Source of the DNA: Promethearchaeia archaeon
GTDB taxonomy: Archaea; Asgardarchaeota; Lokiarchaeia; Sigyniarchaeales; SOKP01
Reading direction: 5' to 3'
Assembly (NCBI GenBank): GCA_046483985.1
Contig: JAWOCD010000040.1
Span: 32,001 to 96,000 of the forward strand
DNA length: 64,000 bases
Shown here: positions 1 to 9,991 of the stretch, in pieces
Layout of the letters: each line of letters begins with the position of its first letter
Numbering within the stretch: position 1 is the stretch's first letter
The notes under the pieces: generated by a model
Database searches by the model: none
What the model was told of the DNA's origin: nothing
What the model saw: the letters and a program-made list of their open reading frames with translations, nothing else
Position numbers and translations under genes: made by a program

Positions 1-564
1 AAAGAGACTGTTTTGAAGGAATGCGTTAAAATAAGGGATGAAATAGAAGATGCAGGTATTCGAGTGAAACTAGATAAACAAGATATTCGGACCGGTAAGA
101 AGTTTTATCATTGGGAGTTACGGGGAGTTCCCCTCCGCATTGAAATCGGACCAAGAGAATTAGATGATGAAAAAGTATGTCTGGTACGCCGTGATTCAAA
201 AGATAAAGAATTTATTGCTCGGAGTGATGCAATTAAAAAGATAAAGAGCATGCTGGAAAAGATTCAAGAAGAAATGCGAATAGCAGCAAATACCCGCCAT
301 AAAGAGTGGATATTAAGAACAAATGATTTACGGGAAGCATTAGCGTTTATAGATGAAGACAAAGGAATTGCCGAAATTCCCTTCTGTGGAACCGAGGAAT
401 GCGCAAGTGTAATCGAGAAAAAGATAGAAGGGTTAACCTTTTTGGGAATCCCAGAAGAATATTTAGAGCAGTTAAATGAGGAGCCTAAAGAAGAAAAAGA
501 ATTATATTGCGTTAATTGTTCCAAACCAGTAAAGGCATATTGGAGAATCGGAAAAACATTTTAA
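1..564 (+). CDS. proS: Prolyl-tRNA synthetase, archaeal/eukaryotic type, C-terminal part (5' end outside window)
   Basis: Anticodon-binding domain (GKKFYHWELRGVPLRIEIGPRE) and C-terminal Zn domain (FCG...C...CVNC...GKTF); frame open from base 1. Confidence 0.93.
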   Translation, partial: KETVLKECVKIRDEIEDAGIRVKLDKQDIRTGKKFYHWELRGVPLRIEIGPRELDDEKVCLVRRDSKDKEFIARSDAIKKIKSMLEKIQEEMRIAANTRHKEWILRTNDLREALAFIDEDKGIAEIPFCGTEECASVIEKKIEGLTFLGIPEEYLEQLNEEPKEEKELYCVNCSKPVKAYWRIGKTF

Positions 565-659
565 TATTCTTATTTAATTTTTTAAGTGGCACTTTTTTCT
601 CTATATCATACCCACCCCTCCAATCAATAAAATGTCCATCTATGGGAAATAATAGCGCG

Positions 660-996
660 TCAGTTGCTTGTTAGACTCAATCTGAAAATAATTACTCTCC
701 ATCCAGAGCACTTGAATATAAAAAATTTGTTCCGCCCCCTTTTCGCCTTATAAATAATCTCTGTATCCAGTTTTACATAGGTCTCGGATGGTCTTTTATC
801 GAATAAAAGCAGATAAAATTCTCCATTCTCATAAGGTTTAAGAGATAACTCTAAGATCTCCTCTTTTTCCAAGGTAGCCCCAAAACACATGGAAGATCTA
901 TCACATAACTTGGGGAATTCCATAAACAAAAAATAATAAAAGGATCAATAAGAGAGCAAATATCAGAGTTCTAACCGATAGTTTTTTAGATTTCAT
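660..996 (-). pseudogene. Probable disrupted secreted/membrane protein
   Basis: ATG at 996 gives a signal-peptide-like MKSKKLSVRTLIFALLLILLLFFVYGIPQVM ending in TGA TAG; an 89-aa ORF (929..660) continues in another frame. Confidence 0.4.
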
Positions 997-1044
997 GGAA
1001 ACAATTGAGATATAAAAAATGTATAAGATTAAGGAAATAACAAA

Positions 1045-1542
1045 CTATTGGTTTAAAATTTTTTCTCTCGCAAAACGAGCCAAGCCATCTTTTGCTATAA
1101 TTTCTTGGAGAAATTGAGGCATTTTCCGTATCGAGAAGGTCTTATCCGTTGTGAAATTGGCCAACTTTCCTTGATGAAAATCCACCTTAATTCGATCTCC
1201 ATTATTCAACTCTTCCACCTGGTCAAATTCAATAATTGGAAGACCGATATTTATGGCATTTCGGAAAAAAATCCTTGCAAACGATGGGGCAATCACACAG
1301 TTAATTCCGGCTGCTTTAATTGCAATAGGAGCATGCTCTCTGCTGGAACCGCTTCCAAAGTTTGAGCCGCCCACCAATATAGTGGCATCCAGTTTATCCT
1401 TTTTTTCTTCAAAGTCTTTATCTAAGTCTTGAAATACATGAGCAGCCAGATGTTCGGGATCGCTTTTATTTAAATATCGCGCAGGAATAATCAAGTCGGT
1501 ATCGATATTCTTTCTTCCATATTTGATGACTTTTCCTTCCAT
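1045..1542 (-). CDS. leuD: 3-isopropylmalate dehydratase (aconitase family) small subunit
   Basis: NIDTDLIIPARYL, NFGSGSSREHA, SFARIFFRNAINIGLP; directly downstream of the large subunit. Confidence 0.88.
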   Translation of the reverse strand: MEGKVIKYGRKNIDTDLIIPARYLNKSDPEHLAAHVFQDLDKDFEEKKDKLDATILVGGSNFGSGSSREHAPIAIKAAGINCVIAPSFARIFFRNAINIGLPIIEFDQVEELNNGDRIKVDFHQGKLANFTTDKTFSIRKMPQFLQEIIAKDGLARFAREKILNQ

Positions 1543-1571
1543 AATTTCTTCACATTTCCTTTTAATTCAAA

Positions 1572-2846
1572 TTATAAATATGCTGGTGAGGTAATATATC
1601 CTTTTATTGCTGATGCTGCGGCAATAGCTGGACTCGCTAAATAAACTTCACTTTCCTTGTGACCCATTCTTCCTATGAAATTGCGATTAGTCGTGGAAAC
1701 TGCTTTTTCTCCCGCCGCTAAGATTCCCATATGTCCGCCTAAACAAGGACCACAAGTAGGGGTTGAAAGCACAGCCCCAGCTTCCAAGAAAATTTCCACG
1801 AGGGCTTCTTTTATGGCTTGGAGATAGATATCTTGAGTTCCCGGAATGACTATACATCTTATTCCCTCATGGACTTTATTCGATCTTAAGATTTTTGCCG
1901 CAATCCGTAAATCTTCTAATCTTCCATTCGTACAAGAGCCAATAACCACTTGATCTATGGCAATTTCCATTCCATTGACCTCGGAAATTGGTTTAGCATT
2001 CTCAGGTAGATGAGGAAAAGAAACTTGAGGTTCTATCTTATCACATTCGAATTCATATTCATCCACATAGTCTGCATCTGCATCGCTCTCATATAACTTA
2101 TAATCAGTATTCTGGGTCTTTTCCAAATAACTCTTAGTTATTTTATCGGGAACGATGATTCCATTTTTTCCCCCCGCTTCAATCGCCATGTTACACATGG
2201 TGAAACGATTGGCCATAGAGAGATTTTTAATAACTTCTCCTGTAAATTCCATTGCTTTATAAGTAGCGCCATCCACTCCAATTTGCCCAATTGTATACAA
2301 AATGAGATCTTTACCAGATACATATTTAGAACGCTCACCGGAATAACTGAATTTAATAGTTTCGGGAATTCTAAACCAAACTTGACCCAATGCCATAGCA
2401 ACTCCAAGATCAGTGGAGCCAACACCGGTAGAAAATGCGCCAAGAGCACCGTACGTACAAGTATGGGAATCGGCACCAATGAAGACATCTCCCGGAGATA
2501 CCAGTGCTTGTTCGGGAATCAAGCAATGCTCAATCCCGACTCGTCCCACTTCAAAATAGTTTACAATGTTATGCTCATGGGCAAAATCTCGAAGTATTTT
2601 ACATTGTTCAGCAGAAGCGATATCCTTATTCGGGGTAAAATGATCAGGGATTAACATAATACGATTGGGATCAAACACATCTTTATCGGTTCCTTCGACT
2701 ATTTTCTCAAATTTTTGAATGGCAATAGGTGCCGTGATATCGTTAGCAAGACACTTATCCAAATCTGCTAATATGAAATCTCCCGCCACAGCATGTTCAT
2801 TATCGCAATGCTCTCTTAATATTTTTTCAGTAATAGTAAGTCCCAT
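1572..2846 (-). CDS. leuC: 3-isopropylmalate dehydratase large subunit
   Basis: [32 protein letters not shown] motifs. A homoaconitase role is less likely because lysine is made via DAP here. Confidence 0.88.
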   Translation of the reverse strand: MGLTITEKILREHCDNEHAVAGDFILADLDKCLANDITAPIAIQKFEKIVEGTDKDVFDPNRIMLIPDHFTPNKDIASAEQCKILRDFAHEHNIVNYFEVGRVGIEHCLIPEQALVSPGDVFIGADSHTCTYGALGAFSTGVGSTDLGVAMALGQVWFRIPETIKFSYSGERSKYVSGKDLILYTIGQIGVDGATYKAMEFTGEVIKNLSMANRFTMCNMAIEAGGKNGIIVPDKITKSYLEKTQNTDYKLYESDADADYVDEYEFECDKIEPQVSFPHLPENAKPISEVNGMEIAIDQVVIGSCTNGRLEDLRIAAKILRSNKVHEGIRCIVIPGTQDIYLQAIKEALVEIFLEAGAVLSTPTCGPCLGGHMGILAAGEKAVSTTNRNFIGRMGHKESEVYLASPAIAAASAIKGYITSPAYL

Positions 2847-3128
2847 GACTAAAACCTAAAAGACAAACCAAATTGCTTAAATAATTAGATTAAAAAAGGT
2901 TTCATTCTCTATAAATTTTTTCCGAAATATCCCCAAAATCATTCTAATTTAAGAATGTTATATATCTCTGGAAAAAGTAATGATATTGGCACTTGAGTAA
3001 AGATTTATTGTCTAAATTCATTGTCTAAAATCCCAAATCTTATAATTTCTTACAGAAATTTTTTAACTTTTTATTATTTTTTTATCTTACTTTTATGGTA
3101 ATCAAATAAATAGGATGTCACGGATAAT

Positions 3129-4004
3129 TTGATACTAAAAAATTTAGAATTCGGGAAATATCATGGCTTGGGAAATGACTACATTATTATAGACTGTGAG
3201 GATTATGATATCCCTGACGAGAAAAAGGGGGCCCTTGCGAAAAAATTATGTGAGTTTCATTTTTCAATTGGCGCCAACGGGCTGATATATGTTTGTGATT
3301 CAAAACAAGCGGATATACGAATGCGAATTTTTAATGACGACGGTACCGAGGCAGAAATGTGCGGAAATGGTCTACGGTGTTTTTCTAAATATGTATTCGA
3401 AAACGGGATCATCAAAAAAAATAAAATCAAGGTAAAAACGGGTAAAGGAATTTTAGAAGCCAAGCTTTCCATTCAAGATGGTACAGTCCAGAGTGTGGAA
3501 ATCGATATGGGAACGCCAATCCTAAAATGTGAGGAAGTTCCGGTCATATCCGAATCAAGGGAGGAAAGATGTATTAACGAGCCTTTAAAAATTCTGGATA
3601 AAACGTTTCAATTCACGGCAGTTTCAATGGGCAATCCACACGCCGTAATCTTTGTGGATGAGATGTTAAATGATGAGGATTTAGAGAAATACGGATCAAA
3701 GATTGAAGTGCATGAGCGATTTCCCGATAAAGTGAATGTGGAATTTGTCAAGGTCATTTCGGAAAATGAGAGCAAATTACGTGTTTTTGAACGCGGTGTA
3801 GGAATTACGTATTCTTGTGGAACGGGAACATGCGCTTCTGTTGTTGCCGGGACCCTACTAAATAAATTTAAAAAAAATAGCCCCGTAATAGTTCATAATG
3901 ATGGAGGAGACCTTAAAATTACTTATACTGGTAAAACTGTATTTTTGAAAGGACCCATTAAAAAAGTATTTATGGGTCATATTGAACAGCTAGAAATTAA
4001 ATAG
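3129..4004 (+). CDS. dapF: Diaminopimelate epimerase
   Basis: KYHGLGND, EMCGNG, SMGNPH, ERGVGITYSCGTG. Confidence 0.95.
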   Translation: MILKNLEFGKYHGLGNDYIIIDCEDYDIPDEKKGALAKKLCEFHFSIGANGLIYVCDSKQADIRMRIFNDDGTEAEMCGNGLRCFSKYVFENGIIKKNKIKVKTGKGILEAKLSIQDGTVQSVEIDMGTPILKCEEVPVISESREERCINEPLKILDKTFQFTAVSMGNPHAVIFVDEMLNDEDLEKYGSKIEVHERFPDKVNVEFVKVISENESKLRVFERGVGITYSCGTGTCASVVAGTLLNKFKKNSPVIVHNDGGDLKITYTGKTVFLKGPIKKVFMGHIEQLEIK

Positions 4005-4052
4005 AATCAATCTATAATTACAATAGATCTTTACGAATAAAGGTAGATAAGT

Positions 4053-5372
4053 GTGGAATATCAAGAGTGGTTAGAAAGAAAAGATTTACAATATGCCGAT
4101 GGAGTACTTCATATCGCCGGGATGAGCACTATTGACTTGGCAAAAAAATATGGTACTCCCTTATATGTAGTGAACGAAAAACTTATCAGAGAACGATATC
4201 GTCAGTTAAAAGAAGCCCTAGATTCCGAATATGAAAAAAATGATGTACATTTTGCCGTAAAGTCCAATTCAAATCTCTCAATATTGCAGATCTTGGACTC
4301 AGAGGGAGCAAAGTTCGATTGTACCTCTCAAGGCGAGATTTATACTTGTTTTCAAGCGGATATTGCACCGGAGAAAATCATTTACACCGGGAATATGTTT
4401 ACCAATGACAATTTAAGATATGCTTTAGACAATGATGTGATGATTAATTTGGATAGTATAAGTCAATTAAAGCGATTAGCAAAAATCTACGAAGAAAAAG
4501 GAAAAGATATAGAGAACGGAATAATCTCCTTCCGCATAAATCCAGAATTTGGTGCGGGGCATCATACGCATACAATAACGGCGGGTAAAGAAATCAAATT
4601 CGGCATTTTAGATGAACAAGTATTGGAAGCATATACATTGGCGAAAGAACTGGGATTTAAAAGATTTGGCATACATACACATCTAGGCTCGGGTATTATT
4701 GACGCCAACGATTATAAAGAGGGGATGAAGCACTATTTATCTATCGTGAAACAACTTGCTGAAGGATTAGATCTTGAATTTGAATTTGTAGATTTTGGTG
4801 GAGGGATGGGTATTCCATATAAGCCAAACGATGAGCCGTTTGAGATGGATTTATATGATGAAATAGTTATTGAACCATTTAAGAATTTGGTAAAAACTGG
4901 ACTACTTGGTGAGCCGACTCTCAAAATTGAGCCGGGGAGATTTATTTCGTGTGAATCTACCATTATTTTAACACAGATCAACACGATTAAAAACAATGGA
5001 TACAAATGGTTTGCGGGCGTAGATGCTGGTTTTAATGTATTGATACGACCGGCAATGTATGGCTCTTATCACCATATTATGGCTTGCAATAATAGAGGGG
5101 AAAATGATACCATCACTTACGATATTGTGGGGCCAATTTGTGAATCTGGAGATATTTTAGGAAGAGAGAGAGAATTTCAAAAATTAGAAGAAGAAGAATA
5201 CCTTGCGATTCTTGATGCAGGAGCCTACGGATTTACCATGAGTTCACCTTATAATTCACGGCCACGTCCGGCGGAGGTACTACTTCATGAGGGTACATCT
5301 TATCTTATCCGAGAAGCAGAATCATACGAAGATCTCTTAGAACACCAAAAAATCCCAGACTATCTTAAGTAA
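4053..5372 (+). CDS. lysA: Diaminopimelate decarboxylase
   Basis: FAVKSN PLP lysine, [27 protein letters not shown]. Confidence 0.95.
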   Translation: MEYQEWLERKDLQYADGVLHIAGMSTIDLAKKYGTPLYVVNEKLIRERYRQLKEALDSEYEKNDVHFAVKSNSNLSILQILDSEGAKFDCTSQGEIYTCFQADIAPEKIIYTGNMFTNDNLRYALDNDVMINLDSISQLKRLAKIYEEKGKDIENGIISFRINPEFGAGHHTHTITAGKEIKFGILDEQVLEAYTLAKELGFKRFGIHTHLGSGIIDANDYKEGMKHYLSIVKQLAEGLDLEFEFVDFGGGMGIPYKPNDEPFEMDLYDEIVIEPFKNLVKTGLLGEPTLKIEPGRFISCESTIILTQINTIKNNGYKWFAGVDAGFNVLIRPAMYGSYHHIMACNNRGENDTITYDIVGPICESGDILGREREFQKLEEEEYLAILDAGAYGFTMSSPYNSRPRPAEVLLHEGTSYLIREAESYEDLLEHQKIPDYLK

Positions 5373-5493
5373 GTGTTAACAATTTGGTTTTTCTCGCCTC
5401 CGCTAATCTTTCCACAAGTTGATACGAAAGTTTGGCGGGAAGTGGGATCATCTCTGGAGTTTCATTGATTGCATATCCGACCATAAGTTCCAT
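5365..5493 (-). pseudogene. metK: Fragment of bacterial/eukaryotic-type S-adenosylmethionine synthetase
   Basis: Hand translation [42 protein letters not shown] resembles the MetK segment LMFGYATNETPELMPLPI.LAHRLA.RL.EVRK; only 42 aa, absent from ORF track. Confidence 0.7.
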
Positions 5494-5600
5494 TTTCTTA
5501 GTTTTATTGAACAAAAATTTAAAATAATAGAATGTTTTTATTGTCTTGAGATAAAATTATAAATGAGAAATATTTGGGGCTTGGATACCCTCCAGTGTTT

Positions 5601-5668
5601 CTCGATGATGAGTCGACACAATGAAATCCAGAAATGGATTGATGAAAATGACTGACCTGCTCTGATAT
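5601..5668 (+). ncRNA. Box C/D guide sRNA
   Basis: Box C ATGATGA 5605-5611; D' ATGA 5621-5624; hairpin AATCCA-GAAA-TGGATT 5625-5640; C' TGATGA 5640-5645; box D CTGA 5662-5665; TATA-like TTATAAA 5557-5563 upstream and T-rich tract downstream. Confidence 0.85.
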
Positions 5669-5773
5669 TTTATAATTTTATCTTTCCTTTTTTCTCAAGT
5701 TTGAGGGTGCTCCAAAATTTTATCAGCTTCCATAATTCGGAAAAAGTGAGTTAAAAAAAAAATAAAATAGGAA

Positions 5774-6604
5774 TTAAAGACCTAACACTTCTTTGGTTGT
5801 ATATATTTTATTTTCATCCGCATGAGCGATGAATTTAATTGCTTTTATCGCCCCAGAAGCGAAACATTCCCTGCTATGGGCTTGATGTTTTAGTTCAATT
5901 CGTTCGCCTGGTCCAGCGTAGAGGATCGTGTGGTCTCCCACGATATCCCCGGCTCGAATGGAATGGATACCAATCTCGCTTTTGGCTCCCACCTTTCGCT
6001 TATTGGGACCCTTTGAGCGTCCAAACTTCACAACTTCGTTTAAGTCACAACCTAGCGTATCGGCAATAATCTGTGCAAGTGTTAAAGAAGTTCCCGAAGG
6101 GACATCACGTTTTCGGTGGTGATGCGCTTCAATAATTTCAATATCCCAATCGCTTACATACGCTGAGAGGATAGAAGCCATTTTAAACAAAATATTGACA
6201 CCTGTTGCCATATTTGAGGAAATTACTGCTGGCGCATCGTTTTCTTTTACATAAGTTTGAAAGTTATCGAAAAATTCATCGGATAATCCAGTAGTCCCAA
6301 TAACGCATCGAATCCCTTTTTGTACACAAATAGAACAGTTTTTTTCCGTGGCTTTTGCAACCGTAAAATCAACCACAACATCGGGCGTTGTTTGTTCACA
6401 TATCTCTTCTAGGTTCTTTACATTGTTAATTGTAATCTCTTTGGGGTCTTCAACACCAACTACACTTGACAATGTTTTTCCTACTTCTATAACATCACAT
6501 GCAGCGACTACTTCTATTTCTTCATCTTGGAGTGCTAATTTGCTAACTAATTTTCCCATTGAACCACTGGGGCCCAAAATTAATAATTTTATCATATAAA
6601 TCAC
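5774..6604 (-). CDS. dapB: 4-hydroxy-tetrahydrodipicolinate reductase
   Basis: GPSGSMG, VIGTTG, EAHHHRKRDVPSGT, IRAGDIVGDH; start may be 6595. Confidence 0.95.
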   Translation of the reverse strand: MIYMIKLLILGPSGSMGKLVSKLALQDEEIEVVAACDVIEVGKTLSSVVGVEDPKEITINNVKNLEEICEQTTPDVVVDFTVAKATEKNCSICVQKGIRCVIGTTGLSDEFFDNFQTYVKENDAPAVISSNMATGVNILFKMASILSAYVSDWDIEIIEAHHHRKRDVPSGTSLTLAQIIADTLGCDLNEVVKFGRSKGPNKRKVGAKSEIGIHSIRAGDIVGDHTILYAGPGERIELKHQAHSRECFASGAIKAIKFIAHADENKIYTTKEVLGL

Positions 6605-6632
6605 TTCATTATTCTTATAAAAAATAAAAAAA

Positions 6633-7532
6633 TTAGAGAATGTTTAAACTTTTCAAAACTTTTTTGATCATTTCACGACTGTCCTCCACTGGAAGGGTAA
6701 GCGGTAATCGCAACCTGTCATTCATTAGACCCTTTAACCCCGCTGCATATTTTACCGGTCCGGGATTTGTTTCAATAAATAATACCTTGAAGAGATCATA
6801 TAGGTCTAACTGCATCTCTCTTGCTTTATCCCAGTTACCTTGCAACATTAATTCCGTAAATTCATGAATCCTACCAGGGATGATATTGGATGCAACGCTG
6901 ATAACCGCGCGCCCGCCCAATGCCATAATGTGGTAAGTTAATGCATCATCTCCGCTCATGACAATAAAATCATCGGGTGTGGATTTAATAACTTTAGTAA
7001 TCTGATCGATGTTCCCGCTGGCACATTTGATTCCTACAATATTATCCTTCGAATAGGCAAGTTCCGAAACAGTTTCGGGATCAAGATTACGAACCGTTCG
7101 TCCTGGGACATTATAAAGAATTATAGGGGTATTTACAGCCTCGGCAATGGCTTCGTAATGATCAATCAATGAATGTTGGACGGGTTTATTATAATAAGGA
7201 ACAACAATCAAAAGACCGTCAGCACCCGCCTCTTCTGCATATTGGCTGAGCTCAATAGCTTCTCTTGTGGAATTACTCCCCGTGCCCGCTAAAACAAAGG
7301 GATCTTTTCCGCTTTTTTTTGCTTCATCTATTGTAATATCGATTGCTTGGCGATGTTCTTTATGAGAGAGGGTTGCACTTTCTCCAGTAGTCCCCATGGT
7401 AAGTAGTTGCGCGTTGTTGTCTATTTGAAAACGAATAAACTCCCGATATTTCTCCTCATCAATTGACATATCCTCTTTAAAGGGAGTAATCATTGCGGTA
7501 CATACTCCCTTCAATTTATCTAATTTTGACAT
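6633..7532 (-). CDS. dapA: 4-hydroxy-tetrahydrodipicolinate synthase
   Basis: GTTGES, PYYNKP, LYNVPGRT, GIKCASG, ETNPGPVK. Confidence 0.95.
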   Translation of the reverse strand: MSKLDKLKGVCTAMITPFKEDMSIDEEKYREFIRFQIDNNAQLLTMGTTGESATLSHKEHRQAIDITIDEAKKSGKDPFVLAGTGSNSTREAIELSQYAEEAGADGLLIVVPYYNKPVQHSLIDHYEAIAEAVNTPIILYNVPGRTVRNLDPETVSELAYSKDNIVGIKCASGNIDQITKVIKSTPDDFIVMSGDDALTYHIMALGGRAVISVASNIIPGRIHEFTELMLQGNWDKAREMQLDLYDLFKVLFIETNPGPVKYAAGLKGLMNDRLRLPLTLPVEDSREMIKKVLKSLNIL

Positions 7533-7644
7533 AATATATTCACTTTGTATTCAGATTCAAAATAACTAAATTAAATATTGTTAAAAATGATTTATAAGAC
7601 TTATTGCTTTATCTTTAAAAAAAATAAAAATAGAGGGTATCTTT

Positions 7645-8889
7645 TTATTTATTTTTCTTGAGTTTTTCCTTCGAAATGTACCCCATCCGGCTCTGGAGGC
7701 CAAAAAGCGGAATAAATCCGTAACTAAGTCTCTGATCGAAGGAACTTTTGGTCTCATACGTTGCAAGGTTTAAATCATAGATGCCTTGCTCTGATTCTCG
7801 TGCCACCACATTGGCACTTCCCTTATACAGCTTAAGTTTTACGGTGCCATTCACCTTTAGATTCACTTCATCAATAAATGCTTCTAATGCATCCCGTAAG
7901 GGATCAACCCATAAGCCTTCATAAGCTAATTCAGTCCAGCGCTGATCAACTATCTGCTTAAAAGAGTTTTCATGTTTGGTACATACATATTTCTCCAAGT
8001 CTTTGTGTGCTTTAATTAAAATCAACGCCGCTGGTACCTCATAGGTTTCACGTGATTTAAGTCCAATTGCTCTATCTTCCATATGCTCTATTCTTCCAAC
8101 TCCATGCTTGCACCCTAATTTATGCAATTGTCCAATTATTTCAACGCTTTCTATTTCTTTTCCATTAAGAGCTACTGGAACTCCTTTTTGAAATCGAATT
8201 GAAACGTATTCTGGAGAATCGGGGGCATCTTCGGGGGAGGTTGTCCATACCTTTGAATCCTCGGGAGGTTCAATTTCGGGCTTTTCTAAAATATCGCATT
8301 CCGCACTTCTTCCGAAGAGGTTCTCATCTGTACTATATTTCTTATTTTGGTTGGAGATTTGAATGTCATGTTCCTTCGCATATTTCATCTCCTCATCTCT
8401 TCCCATATTCCATTCAATCATGGGTTGAAGCACCTCCATTTCAGGGGCATATGCCTTTGCAGTGACATTAATTCGTATTTGGTCGTTGCCTTTTCCAGTA
8501 CATCCATGAGCGAGACATTGAATACCTTCTTTTCTGGCAATCTTGACCGCTTCTATAGCAATTAATGGTCTGCCCACAGCAGTGCTTAATGGATAAACTC
8601 CTTGATATAACCCATTTGCTTTTATTGTCGGAAAGATATACTCTTTAACAAATTTCTTTTTCAAATCCACGGTAAAATGTTTGACCGCTCCTAATTTATA
8701 TGATTTTTCTTCTATTTCTTTAAATCGAGAAGCGTCTGCGAATTCTTGACCCAAATCAGCAGTGAACGTATAAACTTCTGCATCATAGGTTTCTTGTAAC
8801 CACTTGACCATACAGGAGGTGTCCAATCCGCCTGAAAACATTAGCAATACTTTATCAATATCTTCTTTTTTTGGTCCTAAGCCACTCAT
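7645..8889 (-). CDS. argG: Argininosuccinate synthase
   Basis: FSGGLDTS, AHGCTGKGNDQ, GLKSRETYE. Confidence 0.95.
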   Translation of the reverse strand: MSGLGPKKEDIDKVLLMFSGGLDTSCMVKWLQETYDAEVYTFTADLGQEFADASRFKEIEEKSYKLGAVKHFTVDLKKKFVKEYIFPTIKANGLYQGVYPLSTAVGRPLIAIEAVKIARKEGIQCLAHGCTGKGNDQIRINVTAKAYAPEMEVLQPMIEWNMGRDEEMKYAKEHDIQISNQNKKYSTDENLFGRSAECDILEKPEIEPPEDSKVWTTSPEDAPDSPEYVSIRFQKGVPVALNGKEIESVEIIGQLHKLGCKHGVGRIEHMEDRAIGLKSRETYEVPAALILIKAHKDLEKYVCTKHENSFKQIVDQRWTELAYEGLWVDPLRDALEAFIDEVNLKVNGTVKLKLYKGSANVVARESEQGIYDLNLATYETKSSFDQRLSYGFIPLFGLQSRMGYISKEKLKKNK

Positions 8890-9296
8890 ATTTTAACAAC
8901 TCGATAATATAATTAATAATGATATTAAATATAATGTATTAATAATAAGAGAAGATTTGTTTTGAAATTTTTGAATTTATCAAAACAGCATTTATTGATT
9001 ATGATTATAAGATAACAATATTAGAATGTTAACCAAATAATTACCAATAATTGTAATTACCTTCTAATTTAGAGGCGGTAAAGTCAACTAGAGAATGGAG
9101 AGAGAAATTGGACAAGTATTTTGAGCCCTTTTATAAAAAGCTTCAATAATGTTATTTTAGAGAAAGAGAGAGTTTGAATATAGGCAACATTCAACTATAT
9201 TGCACTATTTAGGTTACATTGTCAAAAAATAGCATGCGGATATAAAAATAAATACCCGTGAAGCCATTTTCTGCCAAACTCCTTGGCATACACTCT

Positions 9297-9890
9297 TCAA
9301 ATGTGGGTATATTCTAGGTCTTGGAAAAATAAATCCAATTGCTTAGTACATTTATCGCAAAATTTAGGAGACTTTTTATCAGTGTCCTTTAATTTTTCAG
9401 AAAACAACATTACACATTCAGAACTATCACAATGACGGAGTCCGAAAGTATGACCTAACTCATGGAGGGCTTCTTTTAAAATTCTGAGCTCTTCTAAAGA
9501 TCTGTTTTCTTCTCTCCTATAAAAACTTTCTTTAAGCCGAGTCAGCGAGATGAGGGACACACCAGAGTATGGTAAAAATTGCTTTTCTGGAACGCGTGCC
9601 AGTCCGAAAATAAAGGTTTGAAATTTAGAATAGATATCTTTGTCTATTATTGCCAATGTTCGAAAATATCCTTTTTTCCGAATAAATAGAATGACATCTT
9701 TCAAAACACTTGGGGCATGGTATTGTTTCCTCAAACTATTGTAATTAGCTTCATTTAACAATAAAGATTCAGAAATTATCCTTACATTTAAGGAATATGT
9801 TCGGAAAAACCACTGGAGGTCCTTTCTGAGAGTAATTATATAGGAGGATTCTGCCTCCCCAACTTTGAGAAGATGTATTTTTCTATCCAT
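9297..9890 (-). CDS. Archaemetzincin-family Zn metalloprotease
   Basis: HELGHTFGLRHC...CVM...FCDKC. Confidence 0.85.
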   Translation of the reverse strand: MDRKIHLLKVGEAESSYIITLRKDLQWFFRTYSLNVRIISESLLLNEANYNSLRKQYHAPSVLKDVILFIRKKGYFRTLAIIDKDIYSKFQTFIFGLARVPEKQFLPYSGVSLISLTRLKESFYRREENRSLEELRILKEALHELGHTFGLRHCDSSECVMLFSEKLKDTDKKSPKFCDKCTKQLDLFFQDLEYTHI

Positions 9891-9991
9891 TCCAAAATAA
9901 TAAGTAGTGATTTGGTTAAATTTTTAACTATAAGTTAAAAAGGGGTTTGTCAAAAGCGAAAGAAAATATTTGGGTTAGTGATTTAAAAAAA

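Noticed and set aside
5621-5645. ATGA-stem-GA motif as a eukaryote-like SECIS element
   Set aside because: The stem is only 6 bp, flanking C and D boxes explain it as a C'/D' K-turn, and lysA has no in-frame UGA.
9041-9115. 24-codon uORF as an attenuator peptide for argG
   Set aside because: It has no Arg and a single Lys codon, and its TTG is probably too close to the TATA element to be transcribed.
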